Made by a program: the position numbers and the translations under genes
Origin: the human T2T-CHM13v2.0 reference genome, Homo sapiens
Assembly (NCBI RefSeq): GCF_009914755.1
Contig: NC_060925.1
Reading direction: 5' to 3' (one strand)
DNA length: 64,000 nucleotides
Part shown: positions 12,713-26,162 of the stretch, one piece after another
Layout: every line of letters starts with the position of its first letter
Position numbering within the stretch: position 1 is the first letter of the stretch
Notes under the pieces: model-generated
The model's database searches: none
Seen by the model: only the letters and a program-made list of their open reading frames with translations
What the model was told of the DNA's origin: nothing

Positions 12713-13104
<392 letters not shown>

Positions 13105-14148
13105 TTATAAAGGAATGGGCCAATCAAATAACTGCTATGCGGTTGACACCATAAACCAAGTTAGCTTAGTACCACTCTAAATAGTTGCTGGGAATATAAT
13201 GATTTTCAAAGACATGATCTCTAGAAATAAATAACTAAAAGAGAAGCACGGTGTCATGCATTTATGCATACACATAAGCAGGGACTAGAGATCAAGAATA
13301 GAAATAAAAGAGGTTTTTACACTTGGGGTGCTAAGGTCGCAATGATTTATTTGGAGAGAAAACGGAAGCCCTTCTTTAGTAAATGCAAAGCACCATGTGT
13401 TTAATGAAGATACATGACCTAAGCTTTGAAGATCGTTTAACTAATTCAATAACCTTACCAAGTATCCATTACTACATCTCAACAATCAAATTTACAGTGA
13501 CATCTTTGAGTTAAATCTCTCCATAGATGTCTGGAAACAGCTTAATTCTGTTAACTGCTGCCCATTGAATTATGCTTTATTTGGTCGTAGAATTTCATGT
13601 CATCTGTTAGTCTCCCTCACAACTTGGGAGATGTTATTCCTGTATTGTCTGTTCTCGTTGATGAAGAGAAGTCTGTGATAAAGTAATTGTCCTTCCTTTG
13701 CAGGTAATCTGCCTTCCGTCTCTGGTTGATTTGAAAATATTGTATTAGTCTTTAGTATCTTGCATTTTACTGTGGTATGTCTACATAAGGATTTATACTT
13801 ACTGAGTTTGCTCAGAGCTTGGAGTATTTCCTCAGTCTTAAAGGCCCTAGTTGTGAAAATGTTACTACAGAAAAACTTTCTTTTTTTAACTTAAAATCCT
13901 TTTTATTGGGAAATAAATGTAAGATTATAGATAAGTTTGAAAATAAAAGAATTGTTAGAACAAAAAATACTCATATGCCTGTTACCCTAATTTGTCTATT
14001 ATTATTTTATTAAATTTAGGTTACCATTTGTTCTCTCTCTCTCTCAATATATATCCCAATTTTCGGTCTTTAGATCTAAATCTTTCAGCAACCTGGACTA
14101 TCATGGCCCCAGTGTAATGCTTGGCTTTGTACCTCATGAGGGAAGAAA

Positions 14149-15407
14149 TTTTTTTTTTTAATCTTAAGTTCTAGGGTACGTGTGCACCACATGCAGGTTT
14201 GTTACATAGGTATACATGTTGCCATGTTGGTTTGCTGTACCCATCAACTTGTCATTTACATTAGGTATTTCTCCTGATGCTATCTGTCCTCCAGCCCCCC
14301 ACCCCCTGAAAGGCCCCAGTGTGTGATGTTCCCCACCCTGTGTCCATGCATTCTCATTGTTCAACTCCCATCTGTGAGTGAGAACATGCGGTGTTTGGTT
14401 TTCTGTCCTTGTGATAGTTTGCTGAGAATGATGGTTTCCAGCTTCATCCATGTCCTTGCAAAGGACATGAACTTATCTTTTTTTATGGCTTCATAGTATT
14501 CCATGGCACATATGTGCCACATTTTTTTAATCCAGTCTATTATTGATGGACATTTGGGTTGGTTCCAAGTCTTTCCTATTGTGAATAGCACCACAATTAA
14601 CATACGTGTGCATGTATACATCTTTATAGTAGCATGATGTATAATCCTTCGGGTATACACCCAGTAATGGGATCGCTGGGTCAAATGGTATTTCTAGTTC
14701 TAGATCCTTGAGGAATCGCCACACTGCTTTCCACAATGGTTGAACTAATCTATGCTCCCACCAGCAGTGTAAAAGCATTCCTATTTCTCCACCTCCTCTC
14801 CAGTATCTGTTGTTTCCTGACTTTTTAATGATCATCATTCTAACTGGCATGTGATGGTATCTCATTGTGGTTTTGATATGCATTTCTCTGATGACCAGAG
14901 ATAATGAGCATTTTTTATGTGTCTGTTGGCTGCATAAATGTCTTCTTTTGAGAAGTGTCTGTTCATATTCTTTGCCCACTTTTTGATGGGGTTGTTTTTT
15001 TCTTGTAAATTTGTTGAAGTTCTTTGTAGATTCTGGATATTAGCCCTTTGTTAGACGGGTATATTGCAAAACTTTTCTCCTATTTTTTAGATTGCCTGTT
15101 CACTCTGATGAGAGTTTCTTTTGCTGTGCAGAAGCTCTTTAGTTTAATTAGATCGCATTTGTCTATTTTAGCTTTTGTTGCCATTGCTTTTGGTGTTCTG
15201 GTCATGAAGTCTTTGCCCGTGCCTATGTCTTGAATGGTATTGCCTAGGTTTTCTTCTAGGGTTTTTTATGGTGTTAGGTCTTTCATTTAAGTCTTTAATC
15301 CATCTTGAGTTAATTTTTGTGTATGGTGTAAGAAAGGGATCCAGTTTCAGCTTTCTACATATGGCTAGCCAGTTTTCCCAGCACCGTTTATTAAACAGGG
15401 GATCCTT
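14149..15407 (-). mobile_element. 5'-truncated L1PA (about L1PA7) with TSD TGAGGGAAGAAA
   Basis: ORF2 C-terminal fragments and L1 3'UTR; TSD at 14137-14148 and 15408-15419. Confidence 0.92.
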
Positions 15408-15745
15408 TGAGGGAAGAAAATTATTTCTAATATTTTAATCCAGCTATGTATGTAAAAAGAAGTCTTTTTCATATTTTATCTATTATTTCTGTATGATTGG
15501 AGTATGAGTCAAAACATCTCAATATAAATAAAAAGTTACATTTCAGTAATTTTTTTTTCTAAAATTACAAAACACTAGTGGTCAAAAACACTACTATTTC
15601 CAATTCTCTTTACTTTGTTAACATTACTTTTTGTACTTATGAGAGAAGAGTTTGCAATCCAAAAAGAGCAGGAAGGAAGAGAGATTAGAGATTTTTTCTC
15701 CCGCTTGCTCTATACATATGAGATATTTATATATCTATATATCAA

Positions 15746-15981
15746 CAGTTGACCTTTGAATAACACTGGTTTAAACTGTGTGAGTCCACTTATAGGTGGA
15801 TTTTTTCAGCCAAATACAGATTGAAAATATAGTATTTGTGGGACGTGAAACCCACATATGTGGAGGGCCAACTTTTCATATGCGAGCTCTGCAAGGTTGA
15901 CTGTGGGACCTGAGTATGTGCAGACTTCGGTATATGCAGGGCTCCTGAATGCAATACCCCACTAATACTGAGGGATGACTG
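15746..15981 (-). mobile_element. MER8 (Tigger-family MITE)
   Basis: TIR-like cagttgacctttgaataacac ... gagggatgactg; about 236 bp. Confidence 0.75.
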
Positions 15982-16005
15982 TATATGTCTCTATCTATCT
16001 ACTCT

Positions 16006-16008
<3 letters not shown>

Positions 16009-16040
<32 letters not shown>

Positions 16041-16107
16041 GCACACACACACACACACACACAAATATGTGTATATATATATGTATGTGTGTATATATAT
16101 ATATATA
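16009..16107. repeat. Compound (TA)n(CA)n(TG/TA)n microsatellite
   Basis: Directly visible. Confidence 0.95.
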
Positions 16108-16112
16108 CTTCC

Positions 16113-16517
16113 TATATTACTTTGCTAGGGTTGTTATAACAATTACTGCAGACTGGATGAGTTAAACAACAGAAATTTATTTTCTCACGGTTCTGGAGGC
16201 TAGAAGTGTGAGGTCAAGGCATCAGATGTGTTAATTTTATTCTGAAATTTCTCTCCTTGGCTTTTAGATAGTCATTTTCTCATCTTGTCTTCTCATGGAC
16301 TTTTTTCTGTGCACATGTATGTCTGTACCTAAATTTCCTCTTCAAATAAGGACACCAGTGATATTGGATTAGGACCCAGACATGTGACCTCATTTTACAT
16401 TAGTTACCTCTTAAAAGTCTCTATCTCCAAATATAGCCACCTTCTGATATACCGGGATGGCAGGGGGCAGGGTACAGCATATTAATTTGGGGAAAGGACA
16501 CAATTCAGCCTATAACA
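16113..16517 (-). mobile_element. MLT1 (MaLR) solo LTR
   Basis: aaacaacagaaatttatt..ctcacggttctggaggctagaag and ggacacaattcagcctataaca. Confidence 0.8.
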
Positions 16518-17216
16518 TATGCAATATATTCTTCTCTGATCTATATTATATAACTTTTACATATAATACATATATAATTTAATATACATTTTAACCCCTT
16601 GATTAATTTTCTCACTGCAGAGAAAACAAGAATTAAAGAAAAGCTTCAGGTGATACCATTTTTGAATGAGTAAGAATTGAGCCTACCCTTAACGCAAGAA
16701 TGAAGTAGAAATAAACTGACTTAGGGAACAGCATAAAAAAGTTCTCTTATGAGTCAAGATTTCAGTGTGATGTCATCATTTTTTCCAGGGATTAAATGTT
16801 AGAATATATTGCATGCCCATATTGAGGTGGAATCATAAACTTATTTCAGACTTATTATAATGGCTCATTTTCTTATGCCTTCACCATTGAACTTGTACTT
16901 AGCTGGGGATTGAGCTGAAAGTTTGCCTTTTCTGTATCTAGCATAGTTGCACCAAATCTGACCTTAATCCCAAATTTTCCTCTCTGTAATATCTTGTTTC
17001 CAAATGAGGCTCACATTGAATTTTCTCTTGTTAGAAATATAACTGGCAACACCAATCAAAACCATTCATTCCATTCAGTTGCCTGTGAACAAGCTTGATT
17101 TGCTTTGTTATTAATACAGCTTCTTGTGGTTTAAGTAGAAAGCTCTTTTGTAAATATCCCTCAGTTTAAGTATATATGGTTTACATTTCCAGGTAAACTA
17201 TAAATTATCTGAGAAA

Positions 17217-17510
17217 GGCCCAGCACGGTGGTTCAAGCCTATAATCCCAGCTCTTTGGGAGTCTGAGATGGGTGGATCACTGGAGGTCAGGAGTTTCAGA
17301 CCAGCCTGGCCAATGTGGTGAAACCCCATCTCTACCAAAAATACAAAAATTAGCCAGGCATGGTGGTGCACGCCTGTAATCTCAGCTACTCAGGAGGCCA
17401 AGGCAAGTGATTAAACCCAGGAGGTGGAGGTTGCAGTGAGCTGAGATCGCACCACTGCACTCCAGCCTGGGTGACAAGCTGGACTCTGTCTCAAAAAAAA
17501 AAAAAAAAAA
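17217..17510 (+). mobile_element. AluS
   Basis: Dimeric Alu with poly(A). Confidence 0.95.
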
Positions 17511-17789
17511 TTCTGTGAAAAGATCTGTGATTTCCATTCTCCTTTATAGTAATTGTTAAGCACTCACAATTAGATGGTTATAACAACTATCAAAGAAAAA
17601 CAATTATTTTAATAAATATTTTTCAACATTTTCTCCTTTCTAAGCCCTATGCTATGCACTAAAAACTGCAGAGAAAATCAACACATTCTCTACCTCACAG
17701 CAGATTTCTTGGAGAGAGATAGGGGTGGGGAGGGGAATAAGGGTTGCTAAATGTTGTCAACTTTGTAATACAACTCTCAAAGGGAGATA

Positions 17790-17990
17790 GTTATTAGGGA
17801 GGCAAAGTGCTCAGGCTCAGATTTCAGGTTGCCTAGATTTGAATTCTGTCTTCACTGCTTCTTTTATGATTTGCCCAAATTACTTAAGCTCTTTAAACCA
17901 CAGTTTCCTCATCCTTAAGATAGGGATAATAAATAGAACTTATCTCATAAAATTACTGTGAGGATTATAAGTGATTATGAAGTTGATTAA
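17790..17990 (+). mobile_element. MIR
   Basis: cagtttcctcatc...gggataataaatagaacttatctcata...gtgaggatta. Confidence 0.65.
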
Positions 17991-18949
17991 ATTTCCCCAG
18001 TGCTTCATACAAAGAAAGGACTCAAAGGATATGCTAGTTCATAGTAGGGGCATAGAAGAAGATATCCCTTCTCTCCTGGGATATAGGGTATACTTAACTG
18101 TCCACTATAAAATTGAAGATAGGCTAGAGAAAAGCTAAAAATGAAGAATCTAATAACTCTTTAGCCAAGAGAAAATGAAACATGAGGGAAAGGGAGAAGT
18201 TCCAAATGAGGTCCACATTTGTCGTGGGCCACTGAATGGTGGTGCCATTCAGGCAGAGGAAACCCAGAAGGAGGAGTCATTCTGTAGTTAGAGGGCACTT
18301 AATGAGATAATATTAGAGATAACTGAGGTTGAGTTGTTGGTACATATCTGGGTGCAAAGTCTCCATAGGTCCGGAATTTTGAATAGTTTTCTGGAGTCAT
18401 CTGGTTATTGTTAAAGCCAAGAGAATTGGTGAGATCACAGAATACAATAATGATCAATAAGAGGGAAGGGAAGAGAGCCAAGAATGGGAGACTGGGAAGC
18501 ATACACATTTAATTAAGGTTTGGTAAGGTGAAAGGTGTCAGCAGAGAATGTAAAGGTGAAATAATGAGAGAAAAAGGAGGACATCAAGGAGAAAGTCGTG
18601 TTTTGAAAAAAACAGAAAGGACACATTTTCAAGAAAGACATTGTCAATAGTTTAAATGTCACAAAATAGTAGAGTATAATGCAATTAAAAAAACAAAATC
18701 TGTTGCTTTTGTTAATTAAATAACTAGTAACCTCGGCTGCAGCAGTTTCAGTAGAGTGAGGAGAGTTGACACCAAACTGCACCAGTGGAGTGAAAATAAG
18801 TGGGAAGAAAGAGTGAGGAAGTGGAGGACAGTCTTTTTTTTTTTTTTAATAAAATATTTTCCCAAACTGTCTTTTCTGGAACTTCCAACATGTCTGCTTA
18901 AGAGCTTGTCTAAGTTGAATTCATTCGAACTTCTTGAACCTAATTAGTT

Positions 18950-19094
18950 TCTTTTTGCTGTTTTTTTTTTTTTTTTTTTTTTTTTTTTTGAGATGGAGCC
19001 TTGCTCTATCACCCAGGCTGGAGTTCAATGGTGCAATTTCGGCTCACTGCAACCTCCTCCTCCTGGGTTCAAGCAGTTCTCCTGCCTCAGCCCA
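18950..19094 (-). mobile_element. 5'-truncated Alu (right-arm 3' part) with TSD AATTAGTTT
   Basis: Long poly(T) plus about 100 bp of Alu, flanked by direct repeats. Confidence 0.9.
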
Positions 19095-19687
19095 ATTAGT
19101 TTTAAAGACGCTGCATATATTGGCAGGGAAAACCTAGAACACAAAGTCAAACTTCCAATTATCTCCCTTCAGTGCTCAAATCAAGAGTTCATTTGTTGCA
19201 AGGAATGGGGGTCTGGACTCCAGGGAGAAGAATAGAGTTTTAGAAGGAGAGTTATCCTAAAACTAAATGGAAGGAGGGTTCTTTGAGATACCAAGGATTT
19301 GCAGGACTTTATTTACAATTAAATGTTAGTTTCAGACAGCCCAGGAGGAATAGGTCTATTAAAAGAAAGCAAGAGTAGTTGGCATAAGGAAACAATTTGC
19401 ATTGGAGCCTGAGAGTGAGTATAGTAATGACCACATGAGAGACCCATTTGACTCAAGTACTTCAAAGCATTGCCAGTGTTAGTCTTTGCTCCACAATCAA
19501 GTGGGGAAAAAGTGAAATGTCTTTGAAGAGCATTTCCTGTAGGTGGCCTTTGAGGAGGTCCTGAAAATTCCAAACCTGCAAGTATTAATGGCAAAGAATA
19601 AAAATTTCTTTATGTAAAATACTTTTAAAAATCTTTCTAAATAGCAAGACATTATATATTACCATTGTTAAAAGATAAACGAATTGA

Positions 19688-20016
<329 letters not shown>

Positions 20017-20368
20017 AAAAGGTCACTTTTTAAACTTAAAAATTATTAAGAAAACAGTGAAAACTTAATGTTTAAAAGAGTAGAAGATAGGGAAAATTAT
20101 TACACAGAAAAAGATAAACAACAGAGAAAGATAAATAAATTGCCAGTGAATATGTAAAAAGTTGCTCAGCACCAGTGGTAGTTCAAATCCAAATAGCACT
20201 GAGTTAGCATTTGTTAACTAATAAATTGGCAAAAATTATATTTTGATAAAACCCAGTGTTGTTGACATCCCAAGGAAAAGGGCTATGCTCACACAGCCTT
20301 GGAGCATGTGCACATTGATGATTTTTTTGGCATAAAAATTAGTGGTTTCTATTAAAATCAGCAGTGTA

Positions 20369-20828
20369 ATTCACAATCGCTAAGACATGGAATCAACCTA
20401 GGTGCCCATCAACTGTGGATTGGATAAAGAAAATATGGTACATATATGTCATGGAATACTTTGCAGCCATAAAAAAGAATAAAATCATGTCCTTTACAGC
20501 AACATGGATGCAACTCGATGCCATTATGCTAAGCGAATTAACACAGGAATAGAAAACCAAATACCACATATTCTCACTTATAAGCAGGAGCTAAACATTG
20601 AGTACACGTGGACACAAAGATGGGAACAATAGAAACTGGGGACTACTCGAGGGTAGAAGGAGGGAGGGGGTAAAGGTTGAAAAACAACTACTATGCCTAG
20701 TACCTGAGTGATCGGATCAATCATGCCGCAAACCTCAGCATTACACAACATACCCATGTAACAAACCTGCACATGTACCCACTGTATCTAAAATCAAAAG
20801 TTGAAATTATAAAAAATAAAAAAATAAA
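20369..20828 (+). mobile_element. L1PB-type 3' fragment inserted in older L1M sequence
   Basis: L1 3' end motifs; degenerate TSD aaaatcagcagtgta/aaaatcaacaatgta. Confidence 0.8.
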
Positions 20829-21558
20829 ATCAACAATGTATATTTCTCTCACACAGCCATCACGATGATGTATTTGGAATAATATATGCATAAGGATGTT
20901 CATTGCAGTGTTGTCTGCAAGGACAAAGTGAAAACAATCTGAATAACCAACAATATGACACAGAGTAAGTAATTATTGGTACGTCTGTACAATGCCTCAT
21001 GCAATCACCACTGACAGCATGGGAAAGAGAGACATCTATTATGAAAAGACCACTAAGACATATGATTACATGATAAGTGCAAGGTTCATGAATAAATAGT
21101 ATGTATACTAGTATAGCATACTTCTTTCTAAGAAAGAAACTATAACACATACAAGAATGGACAAGAAGTTATTAACAATAGCTAACTTTGGTGATAAGAC
21201 TGTAGGTTGTAAAAAGCCAGACTTTCATTTCTCATTTTAAACCCAATGAATTATTTAAATCTAACCCTACTGCATTCATTATCTTTACAATAAAATAAAT
21301 ATGTATAACAATGAAACATAGTTTTTAAGTATTTGGGACATAAATTAAACATTAATAGATTACACCTCTTAAACTTGGTACTTTAGTATCCCATTTCTCT
21401 GTGAGAACTCTGAAAGCTTCATCTTCCACAGTTTAGGTAATTCTTTGGTGTCTTATTTTGTTATTTTCTTGCCCTGAGATTAGCAATGTCAGATCTCCAA
21501 ACTGCTAACTCTTCTCTTTGGCAGATCAAATGCTTCTTCTTAAAAAAATTAAGTTTTT

Positions 21559-24505
21559 GGTGTCGGGAGCGCGCGGCGCCCCGGCTCCCGCCCGCTCCCA
21601 GCCGGGCCCCTCAGCGGTCGGCGGGACGGCTCCCGGCTGCAGTCTGCCCGCCCGCCCCGCGCGGGGGCCGAGTCGCGAAGCGCGCCTGCGACCCGGCGTC
21701 CGGGCGCGCTGGAGAGGACGCGAGGAGCCATGAGGCGCCAGCCTGCGAAGGTGGCGGCGCTGCTGCTCGGGCTGCTCTTGGAGTGCACAGAAGCCAAAAA
21801 GCATTGCTGGTATTTCGAAGGACTCTATCCAACCTATTATATATGCCGCTCCTACGAGGACTGCTGTGGCTCCAGGTGCTGTGTGCGGGCCCTCTCCATA
21901 CAGTGGCTGTGGTACTTCTGGTTCCTTCTGATGATGGGCGTGCTTTTCTGCTGCGGAGCCGGCTTCTTCATCCGGAGGCGCATGTACCCCCCGCCGCTGA
22001 TCGAGGAGCCAGCCTTCAATGTGTCCTACACCAGGCAGCCCCCAAATCCCGGCCCAGGAGCCCAGCAGCCGGGGCCACCCTATTACACCGACCCAGGAGG
22101 ACCGGGGATGAACCCTGTCGGGAATTCCATGGCAATGGCTTTCCAGGTCCCACCCAACTCACCCCAGGGGAGTGTGGCCTGCCCGCCCCCTCCAGCCTAC
22201 TGCAACACGCCTCCGCCCCCGTACGAACAGGTAGTGAAGGCCAAGTAGTGGGGTGCCCACGTGCAAGAGGAGAGACAGGAGAGGGCCTTTCCCTGGCCTT
22301 TCTGTCTTCGTTGATGTTCACTTCCAGGAACGGTCTCGTGGGCTGCTAAGGGCAGTTCCTCTGATATCCTCACAGCAAGCACAGCTCTCTTTCAGGCTTT
22401 CCATGGAGTACAATATATGAACTCACACTTTGTCTCCTCTGTTGCTTCTGTTTCTGACGCAGTCTGTGCTCTCACATGGTAGTGTGGTGACAGTCCCCGA
22501 GGGCTGACGTCCTTACGGTGGCGTGACCAGATCTACAGGAGAGAGACTGAGAGGAAGAAGGCAGTGCTGGAGGTGCAGGTGGCATGTAGAGGGGCCAGGC
22601 CGAGCATCCCAGGCAAGCATCCTTCTGCCCGGGTATTAATAGGAAGCCCCACGCCGGGCGGCTCAGCCGATGAAGCAGCAGCCGACTGAGCTGAGCCCAG
22701 CAGGTCATCTGCTCCAGCCTGTCCTCTCGTCAGCCTTCCTCTTCCAGAAGCTGTTGGAGAGACATTCAGGAGAGAGCAAGCCCCTTGTCATGTTTCTGTC
22801 TCTGTTCATATCCTAAAGATAGACTTCTCCTGCACCGCCAGGGAAGGGTAGCACGTGCAGCTCTCACCGCAGGATGGGGCCTAGAATCAGGCTTGCCTTG
22901 GAGGCCTGACAGTGATCTGACATCCACTAAGCAAATTTATTTAAATTCATGGGAAATCACTTCCTGCCCCAAACTGAGACATTGCATTTTGTGAGCTCTT
23001 GGTCTGATTTGGAGAAAGGACTGTTACCCATTTTTTGGTGTGTTTATGGAAGTGCATGTAGAGCATCCTGCCCTTTGAAATCAGACTGGGTGTGTGTCTT
23101 CCCTGGACATCACTGCCTCTCCAGGTCATTCTCAGGCCCGGGGGTCTCCTTCCCTCAGGCAGCTCCAGTGGTGGGTTCTGAAGGGTGCTTTCAAAACAGG
23201 GGGCACATCTGGCTGGGAAGTCACATGGACTCTTCCAGGGAGAGAGACCAGCTGAGGCGTCTCTCTCTGAGGTTGTGTTGGGTCTAAGCGGGTGTGTGCT
23301 GGGCTCCAAGGAGGAGGAGCTTGCTGGGAAAAGACAGGAGAAGTACTGACTCAACTGCACTGACCATGTTGTCATAATTAGAATAAAGAAGAAGTGGTTG
23401 GAAATGCACATTCCTGGATAGGAATCACAGCTCACCCCAGGATCTCACAGGTAGTCTCCTGAGTAGTTGACGGCTAGCGGGGAGCTAGTTCCGCCGCATA
23501 GTTATAGTGTTGATGTGTGAACGCTGACCTGTCCTGTGTGCTAAGAGCTATGCAGCTTAGCTGAGGCGCCTAGATTACTAGATGTGCTGTATCACGGGGA
23601 ATGAGGTGGGGGTGCTTATTTTTTAATGAACTAATCAGAGACTCTTGAGAAATTGTTACTCATTGAACTGGAGCATCAAGACATCTCATGGAAATGGATA
23701 CGGAGTGATTTGGTGTCCATGCTTTTCACTCTGAGGACATTTAATCGGAGAACCTCCTGGGGAATTTTGTGGGAGACACTTGGGAACAAAACAGACACCC
23801 TGGGAATGCAGTTGCAAGCACAGATGCTGCCACCAGTGTCTCTGACCACCCTGGTGTGACTGCTGACTGCCAGCGTGGTACCTCCCATGCTGCAGGCCTC
23901 CATCTAAATGAGACAACAAAGCACAATGTTCACTGTTTACAACCAAGACAACTGCGTGGGTCCAAACACTCCTCTTCCTCCAGGTCATTTGTTTTGCATT
24001 TTTAATGTCTTTATTTTTTGTAATGAAAAAGCACACTAAGCTGCCCCTGGAATCGGGTGCAGCTGAATAGGCACCCAAAAGTCCGTGACTAAATTTCGTT
24101 TGTCTTTTTGATAGCAAATAATGTTAAGAGACAGTGATGGCTAGGGCTCAACAATTTTGTATTCCCATGTTTGTGTGAGACAGAGTTTGTTTTCCCTTGA
24201 ACTTGGTTAGAATTGTGCTACTGTGAACGCTGATCCTGCATATGGAAGTCCCACTTCGGTGACATTTCCTGGCCATTCTTGTTTCCATTGTGTGGATGGT
24301 GGGTTGTGCCCACTTCCTGGAGTGAGACAGCTCCTGGTGTGTAGAATTCCCGGAGCGTCTGTGGTTCAGAGTAAACTTGAAGCAGATCTCTGCATGCTTT
24401 TCCTCTGCAACAATTGGCTCATTTCTCTTTTTTGTTCTCTTTTGATAGGATCCTGTTTCCTATGTGTGCAAAATAAAAATAAATTTGGGCAAAAAAAAAA
24501 AAAAA
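21559..24505 (+). pseudogene. VOPP1: Full-length processed VOPP1 (ECOP/GASP) retrocopy with 5'UTR, intact CDS, 2.2-kb 3'UTR and poly(A)
   Basis: Intronless. AATAAA at 24472-24477 and A-run at 24491-24505. Perfect TSD AAAAAAATTAAGTTTTT at 21542-21558 and 24499-24515, at a TT/AAAA L1-endonuclease site. Confidence 0.95.
21730..22248 (+). CDS. VOPP1: Intact VOPP1-like ORF, 172 aa (WBP1/VOPP1 family: signal peptide, Cys-rich lumenal part, TM helix, Pro-rich tail with PPxY motifs)
   Basis: Matches recalled human VOPP1 apart from R59W (codon 21904-21906). Kozak gccATG; PPYY, PPAY and PPPY motifs retained. Expression unknown. Confidence 0.8.
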   Translation: MRRQPAKVAALLLGLLLECTEAKKHCWYFEGLYPTYYICRSYEDCCGSRCCVRALSIQWLWYFWFLLMMGVLFCCGAGFFIRRRMYPPPLIEEPAFNVSYTRQPPNPGPGAQQPGPPYYTDPGGPGMNPVGNSMAMAFQVPPNSPQGSVACPPPPAYCNTPPPPYEQVVKAK

Positions 24506-26162
24506 TTAAGTTTTTAAAATGTATTTCATAGGATTTTTGTTCTCTCTCTCCCTCTTTTTGTGCATATGTGTGTGTGTCTGATTAGTCTTTACTATCTTAA
24601 AATGGTTAGTCCTGATAGACCTGTTTCTTCAAAATTTCTCTCAGTTCTTTGGCAGTTTGCTCTTAGCTTATAATTAAAGATCAATTTCTGACTTGTCTTG
24701 TTCTAGAAAACCTCAATGGAAATTACAGCAAGCTGAATAGGATATTAATTAAAAACATAAACCTGGTGAAACCCGAACATAGAGGCTCCAGTTCAAAGAT
24801 GCTTCCAATAGTTGACATGGCCCTTCATTCCTTAAAACCAGCTATTTTTCTTTTGAATTACATTACCTTTAATTCTGTAAATTGGATGTTATATAGTACC
24901 ATGAAAACTGCTGTGAGTAATTATAATACTCATTGCTGAGTGATGTGACTTCTTTCTCAAGGCTATTTCTGAGGGAAATTGTACAATTAGATCTTTAGGT
25001 ATTGTGACTTGTTTTGGAAATCATGGTGGCCCTCCAGGGAGCTAATGAATCTTTAATTATTTAGAGGTTCACATGAGACCCCTTACAGATATAAGCACAT
25101 TAGCTCTGTAGCTAAGGGAACATTTAAAAACAGTAACATGAAATGTGTCAGACATAGAGGAAAGATGAAGAAGCAAGTAGAAGCTAATGCAAACAGAGGA
25201 ACTGCCAGCTCTCTGTGGCACTCTAGCTCTCTCTGTCAGTATTTGGTTGGCAATGTAGACATAGTGGATGAGTGCAATTACATATGTTAGGCTCATTCTG
25301 AAATGCAGGAGCATTTTAGATTTTCATGTAGAAGCCTGACAAGCAAACTACATCTAGGATATACTTTGATAACTTTGAGTTGAGAGCCAAATTTTTTGAA
25401 GGTAAACCATCTCCCTGTTTTAAAGTAGTGTTTAAAATTATAAAAATTTTAATACATCTGTAATATAAAATATTTAGATATAAATACTACAAGTGCAAAT
25501 GAATTTTTTTTTCTACTTCTGCATTCAACTTTTCTCTTCTCCCTTCAGGGAAAACACTTTTGTGTAAAGGCCTCCAAAATATATGTAGAGGTGTATGTAT
25601 GTTAAAAACATGTATACATATAATGCATAACCAAACAAATGAAATATCCTAAACATATGGACCTGAAAATTGCTTATAATAAATTTGAACTGAACATATA
25701 GGCATAAATGTGGTTCAGAAGTGTCCAGTTGAAGCAACTTCACTTTGTTAGGTCAACAAAAGTTGGGGACACCAAGATCTACTCCTCTGATTTTGTTCTA
25801 GCATTATCTTAATGGAAATGTTTACTGAAATGGAAATACATGTAGTGGACATCGTGGTGGTGTCTCAAGCATTCAGTGTTCCCTGCTCTCACACACTCCT
25901 AACCAAATAATGAATTTCTCAGCTTCACAATGTTTAAGTGACATGAGTCCCATGCCCAATTCTTGGTCATTGTAATTGGTGCATGGAAGGAACCTGTGCC
26001 TTCTGCTAATCAAATCAGAATGAAGTACAACTTTTTCATTCCATGATTGAAGAGGGAAATGCCTTCTTTCCAAATGCAGCAGAGGAAGCATGAGGTACTA
26101 GGATTGGAAGTTGTCTACTCATGACATGATATTTTAAGCCATAGAATAAAACTGAGACCTAA

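Noticed and set aside
21730-22248. Calling this the parental VOPP1 gene
   Set aside because: No introns, with poly(A) and TSD present: it is a retrocopy.
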